Source of the DNA: Marsupella aquatica | Taxonomy: Eukaryota; Plantae; Marchantiophyta | DNA: 64,000 nucleotides | Direction of reading: 5' to 3' | NCBI GenBank assembly: GCA_973895155.1 | Contig: OZ316896.1 | Span: forward strand, 4,903,925 to 4,967,924 | Part shown: piece after piece, positions 13,090 to 25,200 of the stretch | Position numbering within the stretch: the first letter of the stretch is position 1 | How the letters are laid out: each line of letters begins with the position of its first letter | The notes under the pieces: generated by a model | The model's input: the letters and a program-made list of their open reading frames with translations, nothing else | The model's database searches: none | What the model was told of the DNA's origin: nothing | Position numbers and translations under genes: made by a program

Positions 13090-14141
13090 CCGTCTTCCCC
13101 CGAACACAAGGCCTGGGCACTATATTTGAATAGTGAGCCAAGGGGCGCTCTATTTGAATATAGTGCCCAGGGTGCTGTGTTCAAGTTTGAAGTCAATGTT
13201 TTCATTTTTTGAACTTGTGGCGCTGTGTTTGAAATGTGGCGTTGTGTTCAAATTTAAGGTAATGTGCTTGAATTTTGGCATTGTGAGATGCATGTAAGGT
13301 GTAAGTAGGAATGATAGGCATAGAAGTTATGTGTATTAGAGAGGAGTGTGTTCAAGTTTAGGTTTTTTGACTTCCCAACAATATTTGCTCAGTCAAAGGA
13401 TGTGTAGCTAAATAATTGAACCACTGAAATTACACAAGGGGAGAAATCAAATTTGCAATAGAAAACAATACCTGACAAACCATACTTACCAAGTGTATTA
13501 TTATCACTTAGTAAAACATATTCGTCCACTTTTCACAGTTGTTCGGTTACTGTGGTCAATTTGCTCGTTTCTACTATTTAATCTTTCTTCATGCAGTCTG
13601 GAATGTTAGTGAGACTGCTTTGTTTCTATTGGAGTGCCTTGATCTTGAGGGCAATGGAAAATTGGAAATAAAGAAAGTGAGTTGTCAGACCTACTTATGC
13701 ACGTAGGTACTATGGGTTTCTTTGACGAGACGTTGTGGCGTCAGTCAGAGGTTGATGTGAATGTCTGTCAAAAGTTCACACAGCAGAACAATATATCGAT
13801 ACTTCCAGATTGCTGCTTAACATTTTGGAAACAGCACACACTTCTCCAAGAATGAAGGATTTTGAAATTAGCTTACATTTCTCAAAGGACAATGGATTTT
13901 GTAATTTGAAAGAGCGGATGTGTCAGACTATTTTAACTAACGTATTGTAGTTGCAACCCGGTTACATTTCTCCTATAGTCACTTGTGCACATTTTCGAAC
14001 ACAAAGTGAACTTTGAACACAGCACCCAGGTGCTGTGTTAATATGACATTGTGTTTGAGTGAAAACGTCTTTTTTGCCTAAAGTCCCTGTTTTGACCATA
14101 TTCGAACACAACGCCCGGGCACTCTGTTCGGGGGAAGACAG
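13090..14141. mobile_element. Non-autonomous Tc1/mariner (pogo-like) TIR element, ~1.05 kb
   Basis: The ends are TA|CCGTCTTCCCCCGAACA and TGTTCGGGGGAAGACAG|TA. The inverted match extends imperfectly for ~40 bp. Palindromic GAACAC...GCCCRGG...GTGTTC motifs repeat near both ends. Confidence 0.8.
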
Positions 14142-15994
14142 TAGGCCCCCAAACTATTTTTCCAGCCCTGGTCACAAGGAACTCCCAGATTTGACCCAAA
14201 GGGATAATAATCTTCTCCAGGTTTGGCATCTACTTGTGGCAGCTGACCTTAGTTGTAATTACAATGGGAAGTTTGAGCACTAGGAGACTGATTGTAGTCT
14301 TAAGCAACTTGATGAGCAGATCTACCAGCTCATGCTTAATTAAACCACCACTAGCCCCGATGCAAAACCTGGTGGATCCAGGTTACTAAAGTAAGGCCAA
14401 ATTTTTTTCAGAAAGTATAACATTCCACTCTTTTGTCCTCCCCTAACATATGGCTAGTGGCAATTTAAGGCAGCCTCATTCAGGCAGTAGAAGCCATGTA
14501 TGCTAGTGTACCCTACAGAATAAGATGGAGATTTTGAAGACATCCCTAAGGATCAGCATGCCAATGAAGATTTTGAGTACATCCTTACAGAAGACCATGC
14601 CAATCGCAAAGAAGACTGAGATTTGCAAGTGGTTGGTTGGCTGGGGGGCAAGCAATCATGTGAGGGGTAATAAGAGTTATTTTTTACTTCTAGAACACCT
14701 CGGTCCTCTTGTCAAACCACTGCTAGCGGCACTAACATGCCCATTACTGGTAAGGGTATATCCAGGTTGATAACAAAGATCTCAATAATGTTTTGTATGT
14801 GGGTGTTTGCAAGAATTTTACCGTCTCACTGATGAGGATCATAATGTTTTGCTTGATTCCATGTCTTGCTATCTCTTTGACAAAAGTAACCCTCGCCCAC
14901 CTTTTCTTTATGGGGTTTCCCTTTTCTGTATGGGGTTCGTGATCGTTGTAAGCTCCAACACAGATTTCACCTTCATCAGAGGATTGAACTTGGGGGGGGG
15001 GGGGGGTATTAATTTTCTGTACTGACTTAAATTTCCAAGATAATTTTTTGGTCACCGTCACCATTTTTCAATGAGGAGATTCTAGAAACAATCCTCACAT
15101 GTATTTACTACATTTACTCTAGACCCTTAGATCTTCTTCCATTAGGTCTCCCTAGATTTAAGGACAACTGTCAGATTCTAGGTAATGGGTTGGTGAGAAA
15201 CTGGTGGATGGGACCCAAAAATGCTGGCTAATCCTTCTAACTGGAGGTCAAGTTTGGCAAAGTTGAGTGTTAGGACCTTATCAACTAGCAAGTATCAGTC
15301 ACTTTCATCAGTCATTGGATTGTGGATTTTTCCTACTCAACAAGGCTGCTGAGTTGGAATAATGACACGGGAAAGTTAGCCAAGTGTATTTTCCCCTAAG
15401 GGATTTTCATCTGGTGAGGAGGCAAAGTGAGTGAGGTCAGGCAGCGAAAAAGGGATTCAATAGGGGGTCTCAAATATCGGTCTGGCTGATTAATATGGAC
15501 GACCATTTTAGGTTCGGGCGGACGTGGCTAAAACTTGTGCGGCACTCCCTATGCATGGCCCGCACACTCCGATTGTGGGAGTTTACCATTTCCCGTGACC
15601 CGTTTGGCACAAACGGTCCGTGGAATTTGAAATGGTGGTCATCTCCACATGGTATCCTGTCATACACAAACTTCCGCTCTCACAAGAGGGAAATGCTATC
15701 GCGATCAGGTCGGGAGCTTATCGTCGATGATTGCAAATTGATCAGAGGGACGAACCGTAGTGTGTGTCGACGGAGAGTTTAGCATCGACGGGGCGCCAAT
15801 GCCAACGAGCTTATCATCGGTGAGACGCCAATGCGCACGAGCTTGAATCAACAGTCGTGAGTAAGTCCTCTTGACTCTTGACATGCATGCTCTGTTGTCC
15901 ATTGTTGTCTACCTCGCATGAAAATATTTGGTGCCTGAGTATATATTTTTCTTTGCCACAGGAAGAGATGGCACAGTGAACATCCCTATCTGAA

Positions 15995-16672
15995 GTGGAC
16001 AATAGTAGGGGCAGAGGCATCATGATCACATTTCGAGCAGCATTAGTGTGGATAGCCAACTACATTGCGCCTAATCCCTATCCTCGAAAATTTGTCTATC
16101 AAGCCTGCTCTGAGAGACTACCTAGTGGTCAAATTTGCTCTAAGTCACTTGAGTTTGGCCCATGTCCCAAACATGACGAAGCTCATGTGTGGAAGTTTCG
16201 ATTTAGGGTCATTATTTTTGATGCTATTTACGGAGAAACGCGTCCTCTCCATGTCAACTTGTGGGACATGGCTTTTGTACTACTTCGATGCTCAGCTGAG
16301 GAATTTAGTGCATGGACCAAAATTCAGCAACTCGGGTATATGCAAGCACTAATGGAGGGCACTCCACGAGCAAAGGTAGTCCTGAAAACAACAGATCAGG
16401 ATGTGGTAGTCCATAAATTAACATTGTTGGACAACCCACACATCCCTCTACCTATAGCAAGAAGGGCTTGCCGGACTCCTGAAGCAGTCGGTAGTAGCAG
16501 TTCTTACCCCACACCAGGCAGATCCATGTGTACTCCACAGAAATTGCCCCCTTACCACACACCAGGCAGATCGAGCACACATAAACAGGGCGACAAACAG
16601 GGGAGTGCCAAGAAACTATTTGAAGATCTCTGTAGGGCCATTAGGAGCACTGATTTAAGTGACATTGAGTGA
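15995..16672 (+). CDS. RPA1 C-terminal-like (zinc-finger OB-fold) ORF carried inside the transposon; 5' end uncertain
   Basis: VYQACSERLPSGQICSKSLEFGPCPKH...WKFRFRVIIFD...LWDMAFVLLRCSAEEF matches the RPA70 DBD-C pattern Y.AC..C.K...C..C...R....V.D......LLG.SA.E, with His at the fourth ligand position. A Pro/Ser/Thr-rich tail follows. A possible upstream exon (ATG 15693, acceptor 15961) appears disrupted. Confidence 0.65.
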   Translation: MDNSRGRGIMITFRAALVWIANYIAPNPYPRKFVYQACSERLPSGQICSKSLEFGPCPKHDEAHVWKFRFRVIIFDAIYGETRPLHVNLWDMAFVLLRCSAEEFSAWTKIQQLGYMQALMEGTPRAKVVLKTTDQDVVVHKLTLLDNPHIPLPIARRACRTPEAVGSSSSYPTPGRSMCTPQKLPPYHTPGRSSTHKQGDKQGSAKKLFEDLCRAIRSTDLSDIE

Positions 16673-16931
16673 TTTTAATGAGGGCAGGAGGTAGGGTTTA
16701 TGGCTTGTTATGTAGGCCGAACCTTTCAAAGGTGGGCAATTAGGGCTTTAAATGTACTGTGTAACGCCTTGTACTATTGTGTTGGATTCATTGTGTAATT
16801 CATATGCCTACTATAAATTGAAAGCCTGCCTTGGCATTTTGCACATTGCAGGGCAGGATTTTGTGGTTTGCTTGAATCAATTTGCCATGTATGTGTTGTT
16901 GTGTCACAGGGTGAAGGAGCCATTCTGAATT

Positions 16932-18448
16932 ATGCCAAAGGTCTCCAATCGCCAACAATGCTTGAAATGGGTTCGTGAGCATTTGTATTTGAGTGTTCTC
17001 ATGGAAACCTCAAGTGATGATGATGGCATGAGTGGCTCTTCAGATCAATCCTCTCAGAGTAGTGGGTTCATGTCGACAGATACTGATAGTGAATCTCAGT
17101 GTGGGTCATCATCTGATTCAGAGTCTGGATTTGTTGATGATCCTAGTGATGTCCATGCAAGACCCGCAGAGTGGTTTCACTTGTATGCTTGTTTGGACAG
17201 TCAGAGGTATTATGAGAATAGAACAAGAACAACTCGAGCTAAGAATTTGCAGACACCTTTTTTAGGACTATTTTGCCTCCTGGCGACTTTAGGCAAATTT
17301 GCAAGATGGAAAAGGAAGCATTCTTTGCTCTGCTTCACCTCATTGAATTGCATCCTATATTTTTGAACAATTCATGTCATGAACAGGCCCCTGTCTCCCT
17401 TCAATTAGCAACTTGCTTAGACAGGTTGGGCCACACAGGGAATGGAGTCTGTTTGAAACGAACTCTGTTGTTGTGGGGTGTGAGCGTTGGATCATGTGTG
17501 AATTACACCACAAGATGTGTTACTACCCTAGAATCTGTTATTGGTGATTTAGTGGCATGGCCAAACAGAGAAGAGAGAATGGGGATTTCTCAGGAATTTG
17601 CCAAGCGTGGCTTTGATGGCTGCATAGGGTTAATCGATGGGACCACAATTCCATTGACACAGCGTCCCAAGAACCATGGGGAATGTTACTTTGACCAAAA
17701 GTCCTGCTATTCCATCAACGCCCAAGTTGTATGCGACCATAGGAGGAAGATTATTTTTGTAAATGCTGGTGAGTACTGTTAACTACTTTATATTTTGTCA
17801 CTTGTGTAATGCGTATCATCTCATGAATGTCCATGTACCAACCAAATATGCATTGTCCTGATATATGACTGCGTTTTTATATAGGAATGCCAGGGTCATG
17901 TTCCGAGCTCACCTGCCTCAAGCGATGCATTCTTTCGGATAAGATACATGGCAACTCAACTTTTGATGAAGGACAGGATGTTCTTGGGGATTCAGGATAT
18001 GTGAATGCTCCCCATATGGTTGCATCATACGTACAAGAACACTTTTGGTCACAAGGATAAAGAGGATTTCAACACCTGCATTGCCAAGACTAGGTACGTG
18101 AATGAACATTGCATTGGGGTTTTAAAATCTCGTTGGTTTTCATTAAAAGAGATCCGAACACAGCTGAATGAGAAGAAGGACAATGTTTGGATGTGCCGTT
18201 GGATTAGAGTATGTGCTCTGCTGCACAACTATGTCTTGGGACAATGTGATGAGTGGACTGAGCAAGACATGTGCGATTGGCCTCCTGGTCCCGCTGAGGA
18301 TGAGAATACGGGAATACAGAGCAATGGGCCTCAAGACTTTTCTCGTAACAGGGCTGCCAGGGCTGCTGGTAGAATTTTACAAGCTGGGGTCATGGCCCGT
18401 ACACTGAACTTCAATCGACAGCCTGGTGGATGCCTTTGGGTTGATTAG
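16932..18448 (+). pseudogene. Harbinger-type DDE transposase (HARBI1/DDE_Tnp_4-like), frameshifted, one intron
   Basis: Motifs are QAPVSLQLATCLDRLG, CIGLIDGT (D), YSINAQVVCD, G|GMPGS across GT-AG intron 17769-17884, VLGDSGY (D), VNEHCIGVLKSRW (E) and CALLHN. Frameshifts occur at the T-run near 17260 and at an apparent 4-bp TACG insertion near 18028. Confidence 0.9.
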
Positions 18449-18773
18449 AGTGTAGCACAATGACATAGAAATGCAAAGTTTGTTTACTTTAGGGTTAATG
18501 CAAGATTACATTGTACACATTATTATGTAACAAAACAGATTCCACCTTTATAAACGTCGGTTTACATGTGACCTAGAGTCCACTATGAAGTTTGATGCAC
18601 ACTCTATCTTTGCCAAACTACATGTCTTCTTTTCCAAAATTGTGAGTGGATGCATCTAATTTCATCCTGTGCTACTGCTAAGACATGTGCTCCAAAAATG
18701 TAACTCAAAATTGATTGTCGTAGACAACCTATTCCATATGTATGATTGCATGAACATGTCAACATTGCACATT

Positions 18774-19238
18774 CTACTTTGAAGTTGTTGGCAATGACTT
18801 TGCTTTCACGATCTTTGCCCGAGCAATCTCCATCTCCCTGGATTCTTCTTCCTGTGACCTTCTGCACTCGACGCTCCAAGCATTTAATTGGTCACAGTAG
18901 AATGTAGACGCATCAGGGGGACCATGTTCAGCATCGGGGGGACCACTCTCAGTACGTGGTTGGGCATGACTTTCAGTAGCAGGCTCGATCACGCCCATGA
19001 TATCCTCCTCCGTAAACATGAAAGCTCTCTAGCTCTCAACTTCAAGAATGTGGACTCCGTTTGGATAATGAAAAGTGGAGTGTACAAGTGCGGAGATTCT
19101 CCCGAATCTAATTTTTGCGCCTTCGCTCCATGTATCATAGTCACGAATGCCTAAGAAGGCCGTCTTGTCAAATGGATGGCCTGACACGACCCACAATCGC
19201 TTACTTGAAGGCATTATGTCAACTATCGTAGATGGCAT
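18774..19238 (-). pseudogene. Unknown ORF inside the transposon, split by one in-frame stop
   Basis: ORFs 19029-19238 and 18774-19019 share a frame and are separated by a single TAG. Together they give ~154 codons (KRLWVVSGHPF...FGRISALVHSTFHYPNGVHILEVES*RAFMFTEEDIMGVIE...). No family was recognised. Confidence 0.4.
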
Positions 19239-19674
19239 GCTTGATCAAAGCCGGGATCAAAGCGAATATGAGCGAAGGAAGAATGGATTGCCTATTTCAT
19301 GTGACACGAATGAGGGATTTGGGAACACCTCCCTGCAAGCTGTGCTTTTTGAATAGACAAATGACCCACTAATGGAAGATGGCAAAGCGCATAATACAAA
19401 GAAGTAAGGGTGAATGGTACTTAAGTGACCCTAAAACGCACACCATGTGTAAGTGCACAATGCACAGGCCCGAATTGTCATGAATTACGCAAACCGGACT
19501 GGCGTGCTTGTGCTTCATAAACCGAATCACAACAAACCAGGAACCAGGCATTTATTTAGAAATTGCAAAAAGTTCAAAACATGACCAAACTAACCATCCA
19601 CCTAAGGATTGAACAGAAATCTAAACATTTCCTGCCCTAACGACCTTACTAAAGACCTTGTCCTGCACATATTA

Positions 19675-21285
19675 CTACTCATTTTCTCCATCAACAGGTG
19701 GAATTGAATCTGTACTACTGAAGGTGCATTCTACCATGTTCATGAGTCGGCCAATTTCTGTTTCGGATTTGTTGCTCTTAAAACAATTCTGTCATAAGTT
19801 GTGCCTTTGTGTTCATCTGAGCCATAAAGAACTGGTGACGTTGATCCATCCTGAGGCGCTTCTCAGCTTGCGACGCTGCAAAAATCTCTAGCTTCATCTT
19901 GTGACCTCTGTCCAACTTGTCCTTCTTGGCAAGATCGACTCTTGCTTTCCGCCTATCGTCAATCTCATCCTTCTTCCACTGGACTTTGCTATGGATCAAC
20001 TCCTTCCGAAAGCCTATTTTCTCCTTTTGTTGCTCTGCATACATAGCTGCTAGACTGCCTTTTGAAGTGGCAGTCCCTTCAAAGTTGGGCTTCTTCTTAC
20101 TTGCTGATGGGTTTTCATTCCCGTTCCCTCTTGATGTGGACCCAATGCGACCAGGTGCTCCAGCTACATGGGCTGCTTGTCCTCCACTTTGGTTGGCCCT
20201 AGATGGATGTCTCGTTGGAGGAGGATTTGATGGTGGAAACTGTGCTCTCATCTCTGCAGTTCTCATCTCCTCGGTTCCAGTAGTAGGGCATGGTTTGGCT
20301 TCACCTGACCCTGGAGCCAGAATTTGTTCCTCACCAAGAGGATGAACAGAATCCTCGTCTATCTCTGGTGGAGAATCTACAAGCAAAGATTTCAATATTT
20401 CCTGTGTGTAAGCCTGGCGAATAAAAGCGTACCAAGAATGAAATTATAAACAGTGAGAATGAATTAAAAATTATGAGTCGACTGTACAAGTCTGCAAAAA
20501 GAACTGGCCTTGTCACGGTACCTGCCATCAGCCAAGTAGGAGATGTTGGATGCTCATCAAGATCCACCACATCATTGTTATTTTCGCTTTCTTCACCCTG
20601 TTCTTCAGTTTCGTCTGGGGCTTCAGTGATACCACATCCTACAAAGCCATGGCTGACTAAGCCTGGGGGTTGGACGTTGGCTCGTTCTCCACAGATTGCA
20701 TGCATCCTGCTAAACAAAGGGCACATCTTGTCCAATTTGATGTCCACATTGTAACTCCTCCTCGGTCAGGCCACCACCTGAGGAATTCTTTTGCATCAAG
20801 GCTTTCTTGTACATATCCTGGTACCTTCCAAATCTCTTCGCCAAATTTGCTCCATCCATCTTAGGGAAGTCGTAGTCTGCTAACACTGCTACCATGGAAG
20901 TAAAAACAAACTTCTTGGACTGATAACGATTTCCTGGCTTTGTCTTTCTATCTGCTCCAAAAATGGCATTGTAATTGTCACGAACTTCTAACCAGTCTAT
21001 GATCAATGCATAGTCATTCCTTGTCAACTTCCCTGTTGAGGATTGGGTACCACCTACACTCCGACTATTTCCTTGTGTACTCGGCATTGGTGGACGTGCA
21101 GGTATTGGCTGGCAGGGATGCGTTGCAGGAGGTGTAAGCTCACGCACAGGTGTATGGGGGAGCACAGCGCGTGGAGGGATGAAGGCGCGTTGAGCTACAC
21201 CACCCGACCTGCAATCCATTCTGGAACCCAGAGCCTGCACCTCCATCAGCTCCTCTAAATGCGCGACCTGCTCCACGTTCTCCAT
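19675..21285 (-). pseudogene. Harbinger accessory ORF2 (Myb/SANT-like DNA-binding region plus C-terminal coiled coil), degenerate
   Basis: It is convergent with the transposase and reads LIIDWLEVRDNYNAIFG...NLAKRFGRYQDMYKKA...SGGGLTEEE / IKLDKMCPLFSRMHAICGERANV. An acidic stretch, a probable intron at ~20521-20402 and a K/E/R-rich coiled coil follow. It ends ...KSETEIGRLM...ENE* after a T-run frameshift near 19780. Confidence 0.75.
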
Positions 21286-21686
21286 GATTTTGGTTCACTC
21301 TTCCCGTCTTCCCCCTTTGCGCTGATTTCAAAATTCTTTGAAAATGTATCTTCTTTCCTAAATGGCGCGATATGTATCGAGCATTTGAAAACAAAATATG
21401 TGCGGGCCTCTCAAAATTATGAACACCCTGTCCCGCGGCATCACCCCATTCCCGTGGCTGACGTTCCCCGGAACATAAAAGAAATATGCATTTTTAAATC
21501 TGGACCGCTGTACAACTTGTCCGCGGGCTAACTTACGGGCAAAAGATTTCATCCAGGAAAACATAAAGCGACCCGATATTTGAGACCCCCTAATGGGCCA
21601 CCTAGATTAAAAAGCCACCTAAAGGATATCTTACAGTAATTTGGCGAAGCTGCTGAGTATTACTGATACGGTTGTTTGATAACTGT

Positions 21687-21870
21687 ACTGTGGTTAACAA
21701 CCTCTATTTGTCTGTCTTGATTCATCTAGCTATAGTCAGCCCCAGACTGTGGTTAAACATTTCTATTTGAATGTCTTGTTCATCTAACTATAGTCAGCCG
21801 CAGACTATGGTTAACAACCTCTACTGGTCCATCTGGACCATCTTGATTCATGTGACTATGGTCAACCACA
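21687..21870. repeat. Tandem ~58-bp repeat (about 3 copies) upstream of the AIM24 gene
   Basis: ACT(G/A)TGGTTAA starts units at 21687, 21746 and 21804, the first two ending CTATAGTCAGCC. A partial copy lies at ~21855. Confidence 0.8.
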
Positions 21871-21967
21871 GACGGCGGCACTGCCCCACAGCAGCATCGC
21901 CAGCAGCTGCATCGTTCGGATTCGTAATCCCTCTCCTCTCCTCTCCTCTCCTCTCCTCTTGGTGAAC

Positions 21968-22047
21968 ATCATCATCGTTTCTCTGTCTGCTGCTCTTTTG
22001 ATTTTGGATCATCATCGTTTCTCTGTCTGCTGCTCTTTTGATTTTGG
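21968..22047. repeat. Perfect 40-bp tandem duplication in the AIM24 5' region
   Basis: ATCATCATCGTTTCTCTGTCTGCTGCTCTTTTGATTTTGG occurs twice. Confidence 0.95.
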
Positions 22048-22208
22048 ACTGGGATTGTAATTCGATGCTTGCTTGTCGACCCACCTAGTTCGTTCGCTTG
22101 CTCGCTTTCTCGTTCACAGTCATCCAAAACAAAAATTGCGAACAAATTGAGGTTTCTGTGGGACCTGGGATTCATGTGACGACCCACATTCGTGAGGCGA
22201 CGACCACA

Positions 22209-25200
22209 ATGGCTGCGCCTGCACTCTCCACACCCTTCCAGCCCTACGTGTATCAGGTACAGGAGGTGGCACACAATGTTTCTTATCTCACGACTTCTCA
22301 GTCCCTTCAGCTGCTCCCCTTGCGCCAGGTTTTGCTTCTCAATTGTTTGTTGGTGTATGTGGGCCAACCTGTGACCTGTGAGCGAGAGAATATAGATGCA
22401 TGCGGGACTGATTGCGATGGGAATTTTCAATTTGGGAAGAGGAATGTGTCTTTCGAGGATCAAGGAATGGATGGGTGTTCCCCCGATCACATTCTAGTGG
22501 AGTGTATCTCTCGGTTTCTATCCTCTCGTTCGTGCAAAAGCCGGTCTAGTGGAAAACATCGACACCCTTGATGTGAATTGTGGACAGGCGGATCCTGTGA
22601 GTACGAGTTTGTTGTGTAGTAAGCTCAGCTGGATCGGAGCCTCTCCTCGTCTCCGGAGAAATGTTGCCAATGTTAGCGAGAGATTTGTCTGACCTGCGTA
22701 TATGATTAAATTTCCTCGCACTGGCGATCCAAGTGCCGGAATTCGGACTCCTCACTTTTCAGGACTTTTCCTGATGCCCTTTGGTCGAGTAGAACAGAGG
22801 TTTGACAATCGCTGCAATGTCATTGTCAATGATATCAATTTTGGGAAAAGAGGTGTTCGTGGGAAGGTTTGGAGAGCAACATGCAAAACCTACAGCTCTG
22901 TATTAGGGCCACCAGCTCCTGAACCCTCCATCGGGTTCTGTTTGTCAATCGGGAGCCGCTGATCGCAACCCGAGCTGTAGCACGATGGAAAGCTGTAGCA
23001 CGATGGAAAGCTCGAAAGTATATATCCGGCCACCATCATTATATATCAGGGTCGCCTGCATGCAAGCGTGGCAACACCTTCCGACCACGTGTCCTGCGAG
23101 TTAGATAGGCTTAATGTTGCAGGCTGCAAAGTTCGGAGATCCACTTGTAAGTGAATTGTCTTCAATTGACCTTCCTACCTAAACAATTTCCCGGTATTAC
23201 ATCCATTTATGATGATAACTCATGTGGCGGGTTTTTTTAACCTCGGTGTAGCCATATTATCACTTGTCCACAGTTCACACACACGCTACATTTTCGAACT
23301 GAAGTTTTGGTTACTGTGCCGTGCACGTTTGAACTTTCTGCCTTACGAGTAATGTATCAAAGAAGCGCCCCCCTACTCCTCAGTTTCTGAATCTTTCTGT
23401 GGTTCTTCCTTCTACTTCTCGTTTTCTTGAACAAGCCAGCCTTTGAAGGTAAAAGTTTCTCATCCGCCTCACATGTTTGTACTCAAAGCTGCGCAAATGG
23501 TTATGACGAGGTTCTGCACTGCTTGCAGAGTCCTCAGGCGGTTGTGACCCCATTTCAAATAATTGGGGGAGAAGCGCAAATCTTACAGGTGAGACAACAG
23601 TATCCCCCATTGATGATGATCGGGAGCGGTACGTTATACATTTAATTATGGATTCAATAAACATGAACTTCTGCAAAAGTGTACAGACCTTTGGTTTGTC
23701 GCAACCTCGTTGGTTTTAGTGCTATGCACCCTTTGGCACTGCGTGTGCTACATGTGCTGAGTTCGTGCCCCCTAACAATCTATTTGGTAGCTCTACTTTT
23801 CATTTGTAACTGTGCAATCTTATTGATTTCATTCTTGTTGCTATATTTGCTTTTTGTGGCATGTGTTCTCTTCCAGCAGAGCCTGAGTGTATTGGTGGGT
23901 ATTGTGGGTTCAGATTATGGTGAAGCCGGAAGAGAAAGTGATGACAAAGACAGGTATGACAGGCGACTTTTTCGCTGACAGTCGGAGATTCTCGTGTTCA
24001 TTCTCACGAACTAACCGATGTCCTCTTGGGCTTCATCGTTACATTATTGTTCAATGCTTATGGCGAGGAATCTCAGCAAGAAAATCTTTAAGCATTTAAA
24101 AGCTGATGTACTTGGCACGTGGATGTGTAGGACGTCAGATCCAAAATGCTGCTAGTCCTGCAGACCGCATGAATTTTTTGTCTCTTGACATTACCATGTC
24201 AATACTATTCAATTCTGTGTAGTTTGACACTATGTAATCTGGACAAATCTATCAGGATCTATGTGCTACATGTCGGAGTCTATGCGGATGGAGCCGATAG
24301 GATCTGCTGAAACTGTCGGATATCTCCTTTGGCAATGGTTCTTTGGAAGAAATGATACACTTAGCACGTAAGCTTTACTTCTCCCTCCCCTAATTTGATT
24401 TAAATCTCCTCGTTGCTCTGTATTTGCAACGTTGTCGGGGAGATGAACCCTGAGCTGATAGAGCAGCATGTTGATTTATCTCTTGACTAGCTGATACTAT
24501 ATGGCCCATCATAGTTTCAGTTTATTTTTAGAATTGTTGTGCTCCATTAGTGATCCAGGTTCGCTGGAAAAATGCTTTGTTCGCATGAAAATCGGAGCAC
24601 ATCCTCCTGGGTTGCTTATCTGGATGAAGCACAAGGGGTATGCACAATCAATGGGATGTCATGTTTATGAGAAATGGTGATAAGCCCGGAAGACCCAAAT
24701 GAGAAAAAATGAGGTTGGAGCTGCACTTTATAAATAGGACCATCACAATCTAAGATACCCGGCAAGGGGGAGTCATCGCGGTTTATGACGTACCATACGG
24801 GGGATCATAATTTCCACTGACATAATGAGAAGTTTGGTTTGGACTGCTGAGCCGTGTGTCACGAGCGATGGTCAGTCACTGTAGAACTCAAGGCAGGATG
24901 GTTAAGAAAGGACCGTTGGAGCAGCATTGAATTGATTGATAAGATCAGAGATGTCAAATTTGCGTGTTGCGATAGAGCAGAACCCTCAAAGAGACAGCAG
25001 TTGTCACTGAGGAGGAAGCTTGTCTCCTGATAAAACTAGCCTAAACCGCAGTGCTGCAGTCTTTCCAATGGACCTCTGAGTCGGGTATCAGCTTTGAAGT
25101 TATTCTTCGTTTAATCTCACGTGGAAACCATTTCGTTGATTAACCTTCCCTACGAAGCTCTGTTCAATTCTTATTTTGATTCTCGCTTGACAGTGATGAT

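Larger units (their letters stand above)
15462..21591 (+). mobile_element. PIF/Harbinger-superfamily (PHIS) DNA transposon with ANT TSD (Pangu-like), 6130 bp
   Basis: Perfect 19-bp TIRs: AGGGGGTCTCAAATATCGG (15462-15480) and CCGATATTTGAGACCCCCT (21573-21591). AAT flanks both sides (15459-61, 21592-94). The element encloses a DDE_Tnp_4-type transposase and a convergent second ORF. Confidence 0.9.

Noticed and set aside
15459-15467. Reading the transposon as a canonical TWA-TSD Harbinger with TIRs starting GGGGG
   Set aside because: That would give ATA on the left and TAA on the right, a mismatch. The AGGGGG start gives AAT/AAT, and the MITE gives AGT/AGT.
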